DNA of 64,000 bases, from assembly GCA_027593235.1 (NCBI GenBank), contig JAQCIU010000002.1, forward strand, positions 91,357 through 155,356. The letters are read 5' to 3'. The notes under the pieces are model-generated. The model was not told the origin of the DNA. It saw nothing but the letters and a program-made list of their open reading frames with translations, and did no database searches. The position numbers were made by a program, and so were the translations under genes. Shown piece after piece: positions 46,262 through 56,980 of this stretch; position 1 is the stretch's first letter, and each line of letters begins with the position of its first letter. The stretch is from Chloroflexota bacterium. GTDB taxonomy: Bacteria; Chloroflexota; Dehalococcoidia; UBA2979.

Positions 46262-47890
46262 CTACCGGCCGGCGAGGGCGCGCAGACGCTGGGGGATGCG
46301 GACGCCAAAGGCATCGAGTTCGTGCAGCCCCGACGGTAGCTGCACCGCGACGTATGCCAGCAGTCCGGCGCCGCCGCCGGCAGCGATGGCGAGCCATGCC
46401 CCGAGGCGTGAGTCGACGAGGCTGTCGAGGCCGGTCGCAACCGCCCAAGCGGCGACTCCGGCGATGATTGCCCCGACGAGCTGGCGTGGGAGCCACTTGC
46501 GGAGCGTGCGTGACGGCGCCGCGGCCGCGCGGACGCGCCGATCGAGGTAGCCCGACGCGGCGGAGTCGGCGATGCCGCTGTTGAGCCCGAGGATCAGGAT
46601 CATCGTCGCGCCACCGACCCATGCGGCGATCGCCAGACCGGGAATGATCGCGATGGCACGGATGATCGTCGCCTCGAACGTCGAGCGCGCGTCGCGCGCC
46701 GAATAGGCGACCTGCCAGGCGACCTCGAAGACCGCCCCGGGGACCACGCGCAGGGCGGCCCCGGCGATCCCCAGGCGCAGCAACTCGACACCATCGGGGG
46801 TCGCCATCGATCCGAAGGCCATCCCCTTCGCGAGCACGCCGCTGATCGCGACGAGGCCGAGCGCGGCCGGGAAGGCCATGAACAGCACGACACCCAGGGC
46901 GGTGCGGTACTCCTCGAAGAGACGCGCCGGGTCGCCCATTCGCAGCCGTGCGAGGCGCGGAAGCAGCGCGGTGCTGATGGGGCGGGTGATCAGCGCGCTC
47001 GGCAGCGTCGCGAACATCACGCCGGTCTGGAAGGCGACCACCCCACCGGGGACAATGCCGGCAACGATGATGCCGCTCCAGACGAGCAGGATGCCGATCG
47101 AGGCCGAGCCGATCGAGGGAATGGCGAGCCGGATCACCGAGCGGATCTCCGGATCGCGCCAGTGGACCGTCGGCCACAACGGGAGTCCGGCCCGCTGCGC
47201 GCCCACCCACTGGACGAGGGCGTGCGCGGCGACCGAGAGCGTCGTGCCGCCGCCGAGCAGGAGCAGTAGGCCGGTGTCGGCCTCGTCGACCTCGAACCCG
47301 GTGCCATGGAACCGGATCACGGCGAGGAGGGTAATCACGATGCCAAGGTTCTCGACGAGTGGAGCCGCGGCGGGGATCGCGAAGCGGCCGCGTGCCTGCT
47401 GCGCCGCCATCGCGACCGCGATCGTTCCGTAGAGCAAGGCCTGCGGGAGCATCAACAGGAGCAGCACCCAGGCGACCCGTCGTGCATCGCTGGAGAGTTC
47501 GTCGCCGACGCCGAGTGTGAGCAGGCGGACGAACAGCGGCCCGCCGACCAGGGCGAGCACGATCGTGACGGCGAACGTCGCGAGCACGAGTCCGAGGGCG
47601 GCGTTGGCGAATCGCCGCGCCTCGGCGTCCTGGTGCTTTTCGAAGTAGCGGACCAGCGGGGGGACGAGCACCGCGGCGATCAGCGGGCCGGCGAGCAACT
47701 CGTTCAGCAGGTTCGGGACGACGTTGGTGCTCTGGTAGATGTTCGTCAAGAAGGTGGGGCCGAGGATTGCGCCGGTCGCCACGAGGCGGGCCAGCCCGGT
47801 GACGCGGGTCGCCACGGCCCAGATGCCGATGGTCATCGAGTCTCGCGCGACGGTGGAGGCGCCCGGATCGCCTGTCATCTCGTCAGCCAT
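46262..47890 (-). CDS. murJ: MurJ/MviN-family flippase
   Basis: TRVTGLAR, YQSTNVVPNLL, VLVPPLV, F..PAAAPLVEN, STALLPRLAR; many TM segments. Confidence 0.85.
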   Translation of the reverse strand: MADEMTGDPGASTVARDSMTIGIWAVATRVTGLARLVATGAILGPTFLTNIYQSTNVVPNLLNELLAGPLIAAVLVPPLVRYFEKHQDAEARRFANAALGLVLATFAVTIVLALVGGPLFVRLLTLGVGDELSSDARRVAWVLLLLMLPQALLYGTIAVAMAAQQARGRFAIPAAAPLVENLGIVITLLAVIRFHGTGFEVDEADTGLLLLLGGGTTLSVAAHALVQWVGAQRAGLPLWPTVHWRDPEIRSVIRLAIPSIGSASIGILLVWSGIIVAGIVPGGVVAFQTGVMFATLPSALITRPISTALLPRLARLRMGDPARLFEEYRTALGVVLFMAFPAALGLVAISGVLAKGMAFGSMATPDGVELLRLGIAGAALRVVPGAVFEVAWQVAYSARDARSTFEATIIRAIAIIPGLAIAAWVGGATMILILGLNSGIADSAASGYLDRRVRAAAAPSRTLRKWLPRQLVGAIIAGVAAWAVATGLDSLVDSRLGAWLAIAAGGGAGLLAYVAVQLPSGLHELDAFGVRIPQRLRALAGR

Positions 47891-48088
47891 GAACGCTCCG
47901 AGCAGGCTCGCCGGCGGTCAGCCGTTCGTGGTGTTGCGCGCAAGCAGCGGGGCGTGGGCAGGCCACGGTCCTCGCGCGTTCGATCATCGCCTGCCATGCC
48001 GCTTCCGGCTATCGTGAGTATTCCTGACGTTCCCGGGTGTGCCTGACGGCTTGAGGCGGCGACGTGACCGAACCTGAATCGATCTCCG

Positions 48089-49694
48089 ATGTTTCGTGAT
48101 GGTGCGGATGTGCCCTCCGGAGCGACGCTCGAGGCGGATCTGTGCGTCATCGGATCCGGTCCGGCCGGCCTAACGATTGCCCAGGAGCTGGCGAGTTCCG
48201 GCGCGCGCGTGCTTGTCCTGGAGAGCGGCGCCGTCGGGTATACGAAGTCGCTGCGCGAGCCATGGCGGATCTTGCGCCAGCACACGCGCGGCGCCCAGTC
48301 GTTGGCGTCCGGCTCGGTACATGGTCAGCCCTACACGCCGCTGCGCTTCGCGCGCGCGTGCCTTTGGTGGTTCGTCAAACGTGCTGCTGAGCCACGGCCT
48401 GCAGAACCGCCCGTTCGACGCCGTGGATTTCGAGGCGCGATCCGCCGTTGCCGAGTCCGGCTGGCCGATCGATGCCGCGACGCTGGCTCCCTACTACGAG
48501 CGTGCGCAGGTCGCCTGCGGGCTCTCGCTCGCGTCCTACGAGGCGGCGTCGTGGCTCGCGCACGAGCAGACCGTGGGCGTTCCATTGGACGAAGGCATCC
48601 TCGAGACGGTGGTCTTCCGCTACGCCCCGGCCGGCCACTTCTCGGGTTTGGCCGATCATTTCCGGGGTCTCGAACAGGTCGAGGTACTGACCGGCTCCTC
48701 GGTAGTGAATTTGCACCAGGGGCCCGGTGACGCGCTGGAGTCGGTCCAGGTACGCACGCTCGACGGCAACTCGTTCAGCGTCCGCGCGACGACCTTCGTG
48801 CTGGCGGCGGGGGCGATCGAGAACGCGCGGCTGATGCTTGCCTCGAAGGATCGAGATCCACGCGGCGTTGGCAACGAGCACGACTTGGTCGGCCGCTACT
48901 TCATGGAGCACCCGCAGGTCACCGTGGGCCGCTGGTACGCGCGCGAAGACGCGCTGGAGGCGATGCCGTTCTATGACTGGCACCGGCGCGAACCGGACGG
49001 CGAAACACTGCGCGGTCATCTCCGGATCGACGACGACGGGTTGCGCGAGCACGACCTGATGAACGCCGTCTTCGAGTTGTTCCCGATGCGACCGACCGCC
49101 ACGTCCCCCGGTTGGCGCGCACTCAACCGCTTTCGGCGGGCGATTCAGCACAAGAACCGCGTCCACGGGACCGTGCGTTCGGTCGCCGAGATGGCGCGCC
49201 ACGCGCCGGATCTCGTCGCGAACATGCGCGCGCGCCGCGGCGGGGTGCCGCGGAACGTGGTGATGGTCGACGCGATGGCGGAGCAGGAACCGAATCCGGA
49301 ATCGCGCGTGCAGCTCGGGTCACGCCTCGATCGCCTCGGGATGCCCAGGACACGACTCGACTGGCGGCTCACCCACCGGGACTTCGACTCACTTCGTCGT
49401 TCGGCGGCGGTGCTGGGCGCCGACTTCGAGCGTCAGGGGCTCGGGACGTTCGAATCGCTGCTGGACGACCGCGACGATCGGATCCCGGTGTTCGGCAACT
49501 GGCACCACATGGGCACGACGCGGATGCACGACGATCCGCGATCGGGGGTTGTGGATGCGGACTGCCGGGTGCACGGCCTGTCGAATCTCTACGTTGGGGG
49601 GAGTTCCGTGTTCACCACCGGTGGCTCCTCGAACCCGACGCTCACGCTCGTGGCGCTCGCGCTACGGCTGGCGGACCATCTGCGGCCGCGCTGA
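48089..49694 (+). pseudogene. GMC-family oxidoreductase, frameshifted at about 48349-48358
   Basis: N-terminal VIGSGPAG and VLVLESG are in one frame; RAFGGSS, LAAGAIENARL, VGRYFMEH, HHMGTTRM and GSSNPTLT are in another. Adding one CG to (CG)5 joins them. Confidence 0.85.
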
Positions 49695-49726
49695 GTAGCC
49701 CTCGAGGGCCGCGACCCGGCCGAGGC

Positions 49727-50740
49727 CTAGGCACGCCTGAAGATCGGCCGCAGCGCACCGCGCAACCGATCGAGGCCACGGATCAGCGGCGGTGGGAAGT
49801 ACGAACCCACGAACGCGGCAACGACGAGCGGCGGTGATCGCATCAGCACCGTGCGATCGACGTGGAACGCGAACCGCGCCTGTTGCCGGGCGGCCTGGCC
49901 GTCCCCCGCCTTCGCGAGGTCCCACGCAAGCACGAGCTGTTGTTCGGCGAACGCCTCGAGCGCGCCTCGCAGCAGGAGTGCGCGACGCGCATTCGGAACG
50001 GGCAGCGTCGGGATCGTCTCCCAGAGCATCTGGTAGCGATCCTCGGCGAGCGAGGTGCCGGTGTCGCGGAACTCCTCGCTGAACTGCCCGCCATGGACGC
50101 GGTACACGCCGAGTTGCTCCGGGATCCAGCGCACGGGCCAGCGGGCGGCGAGCTGCAGCCAGACGGCCCAGTCCTTGTGGTACGGGAACGTCTCGCGGAA
50201 GCCGCCGATCTCCAACATGCATTCGCGCCGAATCATGATCGACGGCCAGCCGATCCAGGTGGTGCGGACGAGTTGCTCGAGGACGATTGGCGGTGGATCG
50301 AGTACCCCGACCTCCGTCAGTTCACGCGGAGCGTCACCGACGACCGCCCCCTGCTCGTCGACCGTTGCGTACGGCGCGAACACGAGGGCGGCGGTCGGGT
50401 CGATACGAAACTCAGCGACCGCACGCTCGAGGAACGTCGGGAGCCAGTAGTCGTCGTCGTGCAGCACGGCGACGTACTCGCCGCGTCCATGGACGTAGCC
50501 GTAGTTCCAGTTGGCGGCCATGCCGATGTTCGGATCGTGTCGGACGTAGCGGATCCGCGGGTCGGTGTAGCGGGCGACCAGTTCGCTGGTCCCGTCCGTC
50601 GAGGCGTCGTCGAGCACCAGGATTTCGATGTCGGTGAAGGTCTGGTTGATGGCGCTCTCAAGCGCGATGGCAAGGAGCGCGGCACGGTTCCGCGTCGCGA
50701 TGGCGACCGTGACGAGCGGAGCGATGGGCGCGGTGGACAT
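49727..50740 (-). CDS. Glycosyltransferase family 2
   Basis: VTVAIATRNRA, DDASTDGT, NIGMAANWN, LHDDD, KDW. Confidence 0.9.
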   Translation of the reverse strand: MSTAPIAPLVTVAIATRNRAALLAIALESAINQTFTDIEILVLDDASTDGTSELVARYTDPRIRYVRHDPNIGMAANWNYGYVHGRGEYVAVLHDDDYWLPTFLERAVAEFRIDPTAALVFAPYATVDEQGAVVGDAPRELTEVGVLDPPPIVLEQLVRTTWIGWPSIMIRRECMLEIGGFRETFPYHKDWAVWLQLAARWPVRWIPEQLGVYRVHGGQFSEEFRDTGTSLAEDRYQMLWETIPTLPVPNARRALLLRGALEAFAEQQLVLAWDLAKAGDGQAARQQARFAFHVDRTVLMRSPPLVVAAFVGSYFPPPLIRGLDRLRGALRPIFRRA

Positions 50741-50950
50741 CAGTGGTGAGGACAGCTTCCGTTCGGTTGATCACGCGACTCGGATCGCACATGAGACACC
50801 CGACGACGGGCGGCGTCGAGTCGCCGGTGATTCGAAGCGGACGCCCCGAGCGTATCGCGCTCAGCGGGAATCGCCCTCAGGGTTGTTGCTCAGGCGCGGC
50901 CGGGCTTCGAAGGGGGAGCGATTCCCGACCTGCGCCGAAGCGCGGTCCGG

Positions 50951-51739
50951 CTAGCGGCCCTCGAACCGCGGCGTGCGCTTCTCGAGGAACGCCCGCCAGC
51001 CCTCCTGGAAGTCCGCGGTGTCATACGGCGAGACCGCGAGCGCCTGATCGGCCGCGGTCAGCCCGGCGAGCGACGGGTCCTCGAGGACCGTCGTGGCGAT
51101 CTGCTTGTGGACGCGGTGCACGACCGGCGCCAGCGCGGCGATGCGCGAGGCCATGTCGTAGGCGAAGGCCTCGACGTCCTCGAGCGAGCGTACGTGGTTC
51201 ACGAGACCGATGCGGTGCGCCTCCTCGGCCGGGATCAGGTCGGCGGTGAGCAGCAGTTCCATGGTCTTGGCGCGACCGATCAGGCGGATCATGCGGCGCA
51301 TCTCGCGGTAGGCGATCGGCAGACCGAGGCGTGCGATCGGCACGCCAAAGCGCGCGTTGTCCGCGGCGATGCGGATATCCGTTGCCGCGGAGAACTCGCA
51401 GCCGCCGCCGACGCAGGCGCCCTTGATCAGGCAGATCGTCGGCTTGCCGACAGCCTCCGCTTCGTCCATCGCGGCGTCGAAGGCGGCGTTGTAGATGGTG
51501 GCCTGTGCGGCGTTCTTGCGGCGCGTCTCGAATTCGCTGATATCGGCGCCCGCCGAGAAGGCGACATCGCCGGCGCCGCGGAAGACGATCACGCGGACCG
51601 CGTCGTCATGCTTGATGTCGACGAGGACGCGGCGCAGCTCGTGCCACATCTCGAAGGTGATTGCGTTCCGGCGTTCCGGGTTGTTGAACGTCACCGTGGC
51701 GATAGCGTCGGCGGTCTCAAGCAAGATCTGATCGGTCAT
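50951..51739 (-). CDS. Enoyl-CoA hydratase/isomerase family
   Basis: NNPERRNAI, AFSAGADISEF, CVGGGCE, DFQEGWRAFLEKRTPRFEGR. Confidence 0.92.
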   Translation of the reverse strand: MTDQILLETADAIATVTFNNPERRNAITFEMWHELRRVLVDIKHDDAVRVIVFRGAGDVAFSAGADISEFETRRKNAAQATIYNAAFDAAMDEAEAVGKPTICLIKGACVGGGCEFSAATDIRIAADNARFGVPIARLGLPIAYREMRRMIRLIGRAKTMELLLTADLIPAEEAHRIGLVNHVRSLEDVEAFAYDMASRIAALAPVVHRVHKQIATTVLEDPSLAGLTAADQALAVSPYDTADFQEGWRAFLEKRTPRFEGR

Positions 51740-51809
51740 GGGGCCTCCAGTCGCGAAATCATAGGCGAGGTTTGGCTGAGGCCCGAATGGCTACCCAGTC
51801 CCGCGTAGG

Positions 51810-52613
51810 ATGGCGCCCATGCCGAAGTTCGCCGCCAGTGTCTCGTGGTTGTTCCAGGAAGCGCCGCTGATTGAGCGCTTCGGGTTCGCTGCCGCCGCCG
51901 GCTTCCGCGCCGTCGAGGTGCAAGCACCTTACGAGGAGCCTGCCGAGGCGCTGGCCGCGGAGTTGGTGCGACACGACCTCGAGGCCGTGCTGATCAACGT
52001 ACAGCCCGCGCTGGCGGCGCTACCGGGCCGCGAGGCGGACTTCCGGACCGCGCTGGAGCGCGCGCTGCGTTACGCGGAGGCGATGCGCTGCAGCCAGCTC
52101 CACTGCGTCGCCGGGGCCTCGGACGACCCGCGTGCCGAGGCGACGTTCATCGCCAATCTGCGCTGGGCCTCGCGCGTGGCGGAGTCCGCTGGCGTACGGC
52201 TGCTGCTGGAGCCGCTCAATACCACGGACAACCCGGGGTACGTGCTGACCGGCAGCGCGCAGGCGCGCCGGATCATCGAGGCGGTGGGCAGCGATCACGT
52301 CCGGATGCAGTTCGACTTCTACCACCTGCAGATCATGGAGGGCTCACTGACGGAGTCGCTGCGCAAGCAGTTGGACATCGTCGCGCACGTCCAGGCCGGG
52401 GGCGTGCCGGGGCGTCATGAGCCCGATGAGCGCCAGGAGATCAACTACCCCTACCTGTTCGCGCTGCTCGACGAGCTTGGCTACGACGGCTGGGTGGGCT
52501 GCGAGTACGGACCGACCAACGGAACGATCGAGGGCCTGCGCTGGGCGCATCGATATGGCCTCGGCCTAAGTAGCGACGAGGCGGCAGCGGCACGGGTAGG
52601 GGAGCAGGCATGA
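51810..52613 (+). CDS. Hydroxypyruvate isomerase family (Hyi/OtnI)
   Basis: [45 protein letters not shown]. Confidence 0.9.
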   Translation: MAPMPKFAASVSWLFQEAPLIERFGFAAAAGFRAVEVQAPYEEPAEALAAELVRHDLEAVLINVQPALAALPGREADFRTALERALRYAEAMRCSQLHCVAGASDDPRAEATFIANLRWASRVAESAGVRLLLEPLNTTDNPGYVLTGSAQARRIIEAVGSDHVRMQFDFYHLQIMEGSLTESLRKQLDIVAHVQAGGVPGRHEPDERQEINYPYLFALLDELGYDGWVGCEYGPTNGTIEGLRWAHRYGLGLSSDEAAAARVGEQA

Positions 52614-53374
52614 CAACGAGTGACATAACAAGAATCGCGATCGTGACCGGCGGCGGCTCTGGCGTTGGTCGCGCCGCGACGCTTGCGCTGCTGGAGGCGG
52701 GCTGGACGGTCGTGATCGGCGGCAGGCGTGCCGAGGCCCTCGATGAAACCGTGTACCAGGCGGGGACGGCCGGGTCCCGCGTCCGGGCAGTGGTGACGGA
52801 CGTCAGCGACCCGGCGGCGGTCGCGGCGCTGTTCGCGACGGCAAAGCGCGAGTTTGGACGCCTCGACCTGTTGTTCAACAACGCGGGGATGGGCGCGCCG
52901 GGGGTGCCGCTGGAGGACCTGACGGTCGATCAGTGGCGAGCGGTGGTGGACGTGAACCTCACCGGCTCGTTCCTCTGTACACAGGAGGCGTTCCGGCTGA
53001 TGAAGGCGCAGGAGCCGATCGGCGGACGGATCATCAACAACGGGTCGATTTCGGCCGATCGGCCTCGGCCCAACTCGGCGCCCTATACCGCGACGAAGCA
53101 CGCGATCACCGGGCTCACCAAGGCGACCTCGCTGGACGGGCGGAAGTACAACATCGCCTGTGGGCAGATCGATATCGGGAACGCGGCAACGGAGATGACC
53201 GCCCGGATGAGCGGCGGCGTGCCGCAGCCGAGCGGGGCGGTCGCCGTGGAGCCGACGATGGACGTGTCGGATGTCGGCGATGCGATCGTCTATATGGCGG
53301 GGCTGCCGCTGGGCGCGAACGTCCAGTTCATGACCGTGATGGCGACGAAGATGCCCTACATCGGGCGCGGGTAG
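52610..53374 (+). CDS. Short-chain dehydrogenase/reductase
   Basis: [29 protein letters not shown]; ATGA overlap with the hyi-like gene. Confidence 0.92.
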   Translation: MTTSDITRIAIVTGGGSGVGRAATLALLEAGWTVVIGGRRAEALDETVYQAGTAGSRVRAVVTDVSDPAAVAALFATAKREFGRLDLLFNNAGMGAPGVPLEDLTVDQWRAVVDVNLTGSFLCTQEAFRLMKAQEPIGGRIINNGSISADRPRPNSAPYTATKHAITGLTKATSLDGRKYNIACGQIDIGNAATEMTARMSGGVPQPSGAVAVEPTMDVSDVGDAIVYMAGLPLGANVQFMTVMATKMPYIGRG

Positions 53375-53407
53375 TCGGTCGACCGGCGGGGAATCGAGGA
53401 GGCTCGG

Positions 53408-54403
53408 ATGGCGCGCCCACCGATGGCTGTCGCCCGCATCCTGGCTGCCGAGTACGGAGACGTGCTCGAGCCGGCGAACTACGTCCGAGGGGTCGCGCTG
53501 AGCGGCCATCTCCGGCTGTTCGCGCTCGCGCCGGATGGCGCCCACCCGGCCCCGGCGATTGCCGCGCTGGTTGCCCCATCGATCGAGGCCGCTGCGTTCG
53601 ACCGCGTCAGCGCGGCGGACGGCGCGGTGCACTCCGCCTACGTCTGGGCCGACGAACTCAGCGAGGCGACGGGCGATCCACGGTACGGGCAGTTCCTCGG
53701 ACGGCTTGCCGATCGGTACCTTGAGCGCCGCCCGGACGAGCTGCCCAAGCCGGTCGACCCCGATGCCCGAGTGGAGGACATCTTCTTCGCCGGTGCGTTG
53801 CTCGGACGCGCGTACCGAATGACCGCGCGACCGGCGTACGCGGACGCGTTGTTCGCCTTCCTCGCTCGTGTCGCTCCGCAGTCGGAGAGTGGCCTCTGGC
53901 TCCACTGCGGCGCGTCACCGTTTAGCTGGGGCCGTGGGAACGCCTTCGCCGCGCTCGGCATCGCCGAGGCGCTGAGCTACCTCCCGACCGATGACGCGCG
54001 CCGTGAGCCGATCGAGGTGAAGCACCGCCGCCACCTCGATGCGCTGATAGCGCATCAGTCCGCGGCGGGCGCCTGGCGGCAGGTCATTGATCGCCCCGAC
54101 TCGTACGAGGAGCTGACGGCGACGGCGATGATCGGATACGCCCTGGTGCGCGGGATGCAGCGGGGATGGCTGTCGCGCGACCTCGAACCAGTGGCCGCGA
54201 GGGCGTGGGCGGCGGTGGACGACCGCGTCGACGACGATGGGATGGTGCGCGATTCTTGCCCCGGCACGCCGCCCCTCCCGACGCTCGAGGACTACCTGAC
54301 TCGGGAGCCGATCGGCGGACACGACGACCGCGCGGGTTCGATGGCCCTCTGGTTCGCGGTCGAATACGCGGAGTTCCTGGTGGGCACCGCGCGCGACTCG
54401 TAG
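53408..54403 (+). CDS. GH88/GH105 unsaturated uronyl hydrolase-like protein
   Basis: VEDIFF, QSESGLWLH, WGRGNA, GAWRQVIDRPDSYEELTATAM. Confidence 0.82.
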   Translation: MARPPMAVARILAAEYGDVLEPANYVRGVALSGHLRLFALAPDGAHPAPAIAALVAPSIEAAAFDRVSAADGAVHSAYVWADELSEATGDPRYGQFLGRLADRYLERRPDELPKPVDPDARVEDIFFAGALLGRAYRMTARPAYADALFAFLARVAPQSESGLWLHCGASPFSWGRGNAFAALGIAEALSYLPTDDARREPIEVKHRRHLDALIAHQSAAGAWRQVIDRPDSYEELTATAMIGYALVRGMQRGWLSRDLEPVAARAWAAVDDRVDDDGMVRDSCPGTPPLPTLEDYLTREPIGGHDDRAGSMALWFAVEYAEFLVGTARDS

Positions 54404-54502
54404 TGCGCGAGGGCGGCGGTCAGTGCAGGCGCAGCGCCGGGGCCGGGCGCGCCCCCGTTCCCGTTGCGCGGCTGCCGAGGTTCGTCGAACCCTCGAGGTT
54501 GG

Positions 54503-54685
54503 CTAGCCGCGGCGGATGAGACGGCGGACCGCCGCGAGCACGCGTGCACCGCGGCTCTTGCCCGTCTCTGCGAGATCGACCGAACGCGCGCGGATCCGTT
54601 CGGTCGAGGTGGGCGTCGACTGGCGACGGCGCCAGAACGCGAGTACCCCGAGGAGTCCGAGTACTACACCTACGAACTTCTTCAT
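54503..54685 (-). CDS. Small membrane-anchored basic protein (60 aa)
   Basis: MKKFVGVVLGLLGVLAFWRRRQ...; RBS GAAAGG. Confidence 0.55.
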   Translation of the reverse strand: MKKFVGVVLGLLGVLAFWRRRQSTPTSTERIRARSVDLAETGKSRGARVLAAVRRLIRRG

Positions 54686-54960
54686 GCGGTCAGGCCTTTC
54701 TCGGAATCGAGTGATCCCAGCGATCTGAATGTAGCGAGCACGCTCGCTGATCGCCACGAACGACAGGAGCGCGGGGGTAACGCGGCGGCCCGACGGTCAG
54801 GAGAGAGCGACCCCCGTAAGGCGGCGGCTCGCTATCGTGCTCGGGCGGTGGGATGCGGGACACCAGCCTCGGTTGGACGTAGACACGTGTTGAACGGCGA
54901 CCGGATCTCCAGGCTCACCAGCGTCCGCGGCCTGCCGCGCCGCGCCCGGCTGGTGCCGCG

Positions 54961-56250
54961 ATGATCGGCCGCGAAAGCCTGCGTGCCTTCCTGGAGGCGC
55001 CGCCGGGCTCCAACGACACAGAGCGACATAACTTCCACTTCGCGTTCCGCGAATCGGCGTTGATTGGCGTGATCAACGCCGGCGGCGTGTTCCTACCGGT
55101 GTTCCTGGTGCGCTTGGGCGCCTCCAACCTGGAGGTCAGTTTGCTCACCGCGCTGCCGGCGCTAGCGGGGGTGATGCTGGCGATCCCGATCGGCGCGTTC
55201 ATGCAGAGCCGCCAGAACATCGTGCCCTGGTACAGCCGAGGCAGGATCGGCAGTCAGGCGGCGTTCGGGGCGGCGGCGCTCGCTTCGCTGCTGCTGCCGG
55301 ATGACCTCGTGGTGCCAGGAATCCTCGTCACCTGGGGCGTCGCCACCGTGTTCTCGACGATGACGAATGTCTCGTTCAATGTCGTGATGGACGCGACGGC
55401 CGGGACGCGCGGTCGGTTCGAGCTGATGAGTCGCCGCTGGTCAATCATGGGTGTGACCACGGCGACGAGCCTGGCAACCGTGGGTTTCGTGCTGGGCCGG
55501 ATCTCGTTCCCGCTCAACTTCCAGCTCGTGTTCCTCGGGTTCTCGCTGACCGGGCTCTGGGCCTACCGCTACGGCTCGCGAATCCTGGTGCCGGATCACA
55601 CGCCGGAGCACCGCGGTGGGCACGGCCAGTCGCTGCGGGCGCGCGTTCGCGAGATGGCCGGCCTGGTACGCGCTCAGCCGGCGTTCCTGGCGTTCGAGGC
55701 CCGTCGCGTCGTCTACGCGATGGGAACCACCCTGGCCTTGCCATTGATCCCGCTCTACTACGTGCGGAGCCTGGAGGCTTCGAATAGCTGGATCGGGCTG
55801 ATCGGTACCGCCCAGGCGCTGGTGCTGCTGGTTGGTTACGCGCTCTGGCGCTACCAGTCCCGTCGTCGTGGCGGGAAGTTCGTGCTGGTGGCGGCAACGC
55901 TGGGTGCGGCGCTGCATCCCGGCCTGCTCGCACTGACCGACGATGTCGCGCTGGCGGCGGTGCTCGCCGGGGTAGCCGCGATCTTCACCTCCGGGGTGAA
56001 CCTGGCGATCTTCGATCGCCTGATGACGACGGTGCCCCGTGGGTTCGGCGTCACGTTCAACTCGATCGACAACACCCTGGTCAATCTGGCGGGGATGGCC
56101 GCACCGATACTGGGCGCGCTGCTCGCCGATCAGATTGGTCTGGATGGCGCCCTCGGGGTGGCATCGGTGATCGGGGTCTGTGGCGCGCTGCTCTTTGCCC
56201 TCGATGGCTCAGGATCGGCGAACGAGCCGCCCGAGGCGGCGACTGCGTAG
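54961..56250 (+). CDS. MFS-type transporter
   Basis: About 12 TM segments, FLVRLGAS, RGRF, PLYYVRSL, LGALLADQIG. Confidence 0.85.
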   Translation: MIGRESLRAFLEAPPGSNDTERHNFHFAFRESALIGVINAGGVFLPVFLVRLGASNLEVSLLTALPALAGVMLAIPIGAFMQSRQNIVPWYSRGRIGSQAAFGAAALASLLLPDDLVVPGILVTWGVATVFSTMTNVSFNVVMDATAGTRGRFELMSRRWSIMGVTTATSLATVGFVLGRISFPLNFQLVFLGFSLTGLWAYRYGSRILVPDHTPEHRGGHGQSLRARVREMAGLVRAQPAFLAFEARRVVYAMGTTLALPLIPLYYVRSLEASNSWIGLIGTAQALVLLVGYALWRYQSRRRGGKFVLVAATLGAALHPGLLALTDDVALAAVLAGVAAIFTSGVNLAIFDRLMTTVPRGFGVTFNSIDNTLVNLAGMAAPILGALLADQIGLDGALGVASVIGVCGALLFALDGSGSANEPPEAATA

Positions 56251-56281
56251 TAGCGGTGCGGATGCCGGTCGTCGGCGCGGC

Positions 56282-56980
56282 TCAGGCGGTAATGACCATC
56301 CCGGCGCGCCCGGCCTCGGTGTTTGGGAAGCGCTTGCGCGCGATCGCCGTGAGCGCGTCTAGCTCGTCGTCGGTGCGAGTGGGCGCGTGGCTGATCGTGA
56401 CGAGGCGCCCGACGCCAGCGGCGATCGCGGTGTCGACGGCACGGTGCCAGGTGCTGTGTCCCCAGCCACGGTGTGCCTCGTAGTCGTCGTCCGTGTACTG
56501 GGCGTCGTGGACGAGCACGTCCGCGCCGCGCGCCCAGTCGAGGAGTGCCGCGTCGATCGCCGGATCGCCTGCCTCGTGGTCGGTGGCGAAGGCGATCGAT
56601 TTCCCAGCGCGGTCGAAGCGGTAGCCCAGCACGCCCTGTGGGTGGTTGAGCGCGCACGGGGTGACCTGCACGTCACCGATCGTGAAGGACTCGGTCTCGA
56701 GGCGCTGGTAGGTTTTCGCGGAGGGCGTATCGGAGAGCGCGATCGGGAACCACGGGGGGCAGAGCGCGCCCTCGAGCGCCTCGCGGACGGTCATGCCTTC
56801 CGGGTGGCCGTAGAAGCTGAAGTGATGCTGCTCCATGAAGATAGGCGCGAGGAATCCGAGTCCCTCGATGTGGTCCCAGTGGAAGTGGCTGAAGAGGATG
56901 TCAAAGTTGACGCCCGGGCCCGCGGGGTCGACATCGACGTGCCGGAGTCCGGTACCGCAGTCGATCAGGAGTCGCCGGGC
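56282..56980 (-). pseudogene. Metallo-beta-lactamase-fold hydrolase lacking its N-terminus
   Basis: LLIDCGTG, SHFHWDH, HPQG, TDHE, HDAQY, WGHS and SHAP motifs are intact, but the usual GxRGS/GGNTSC N-terminal strands and a start codon are absent. Confidence 0.75.
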
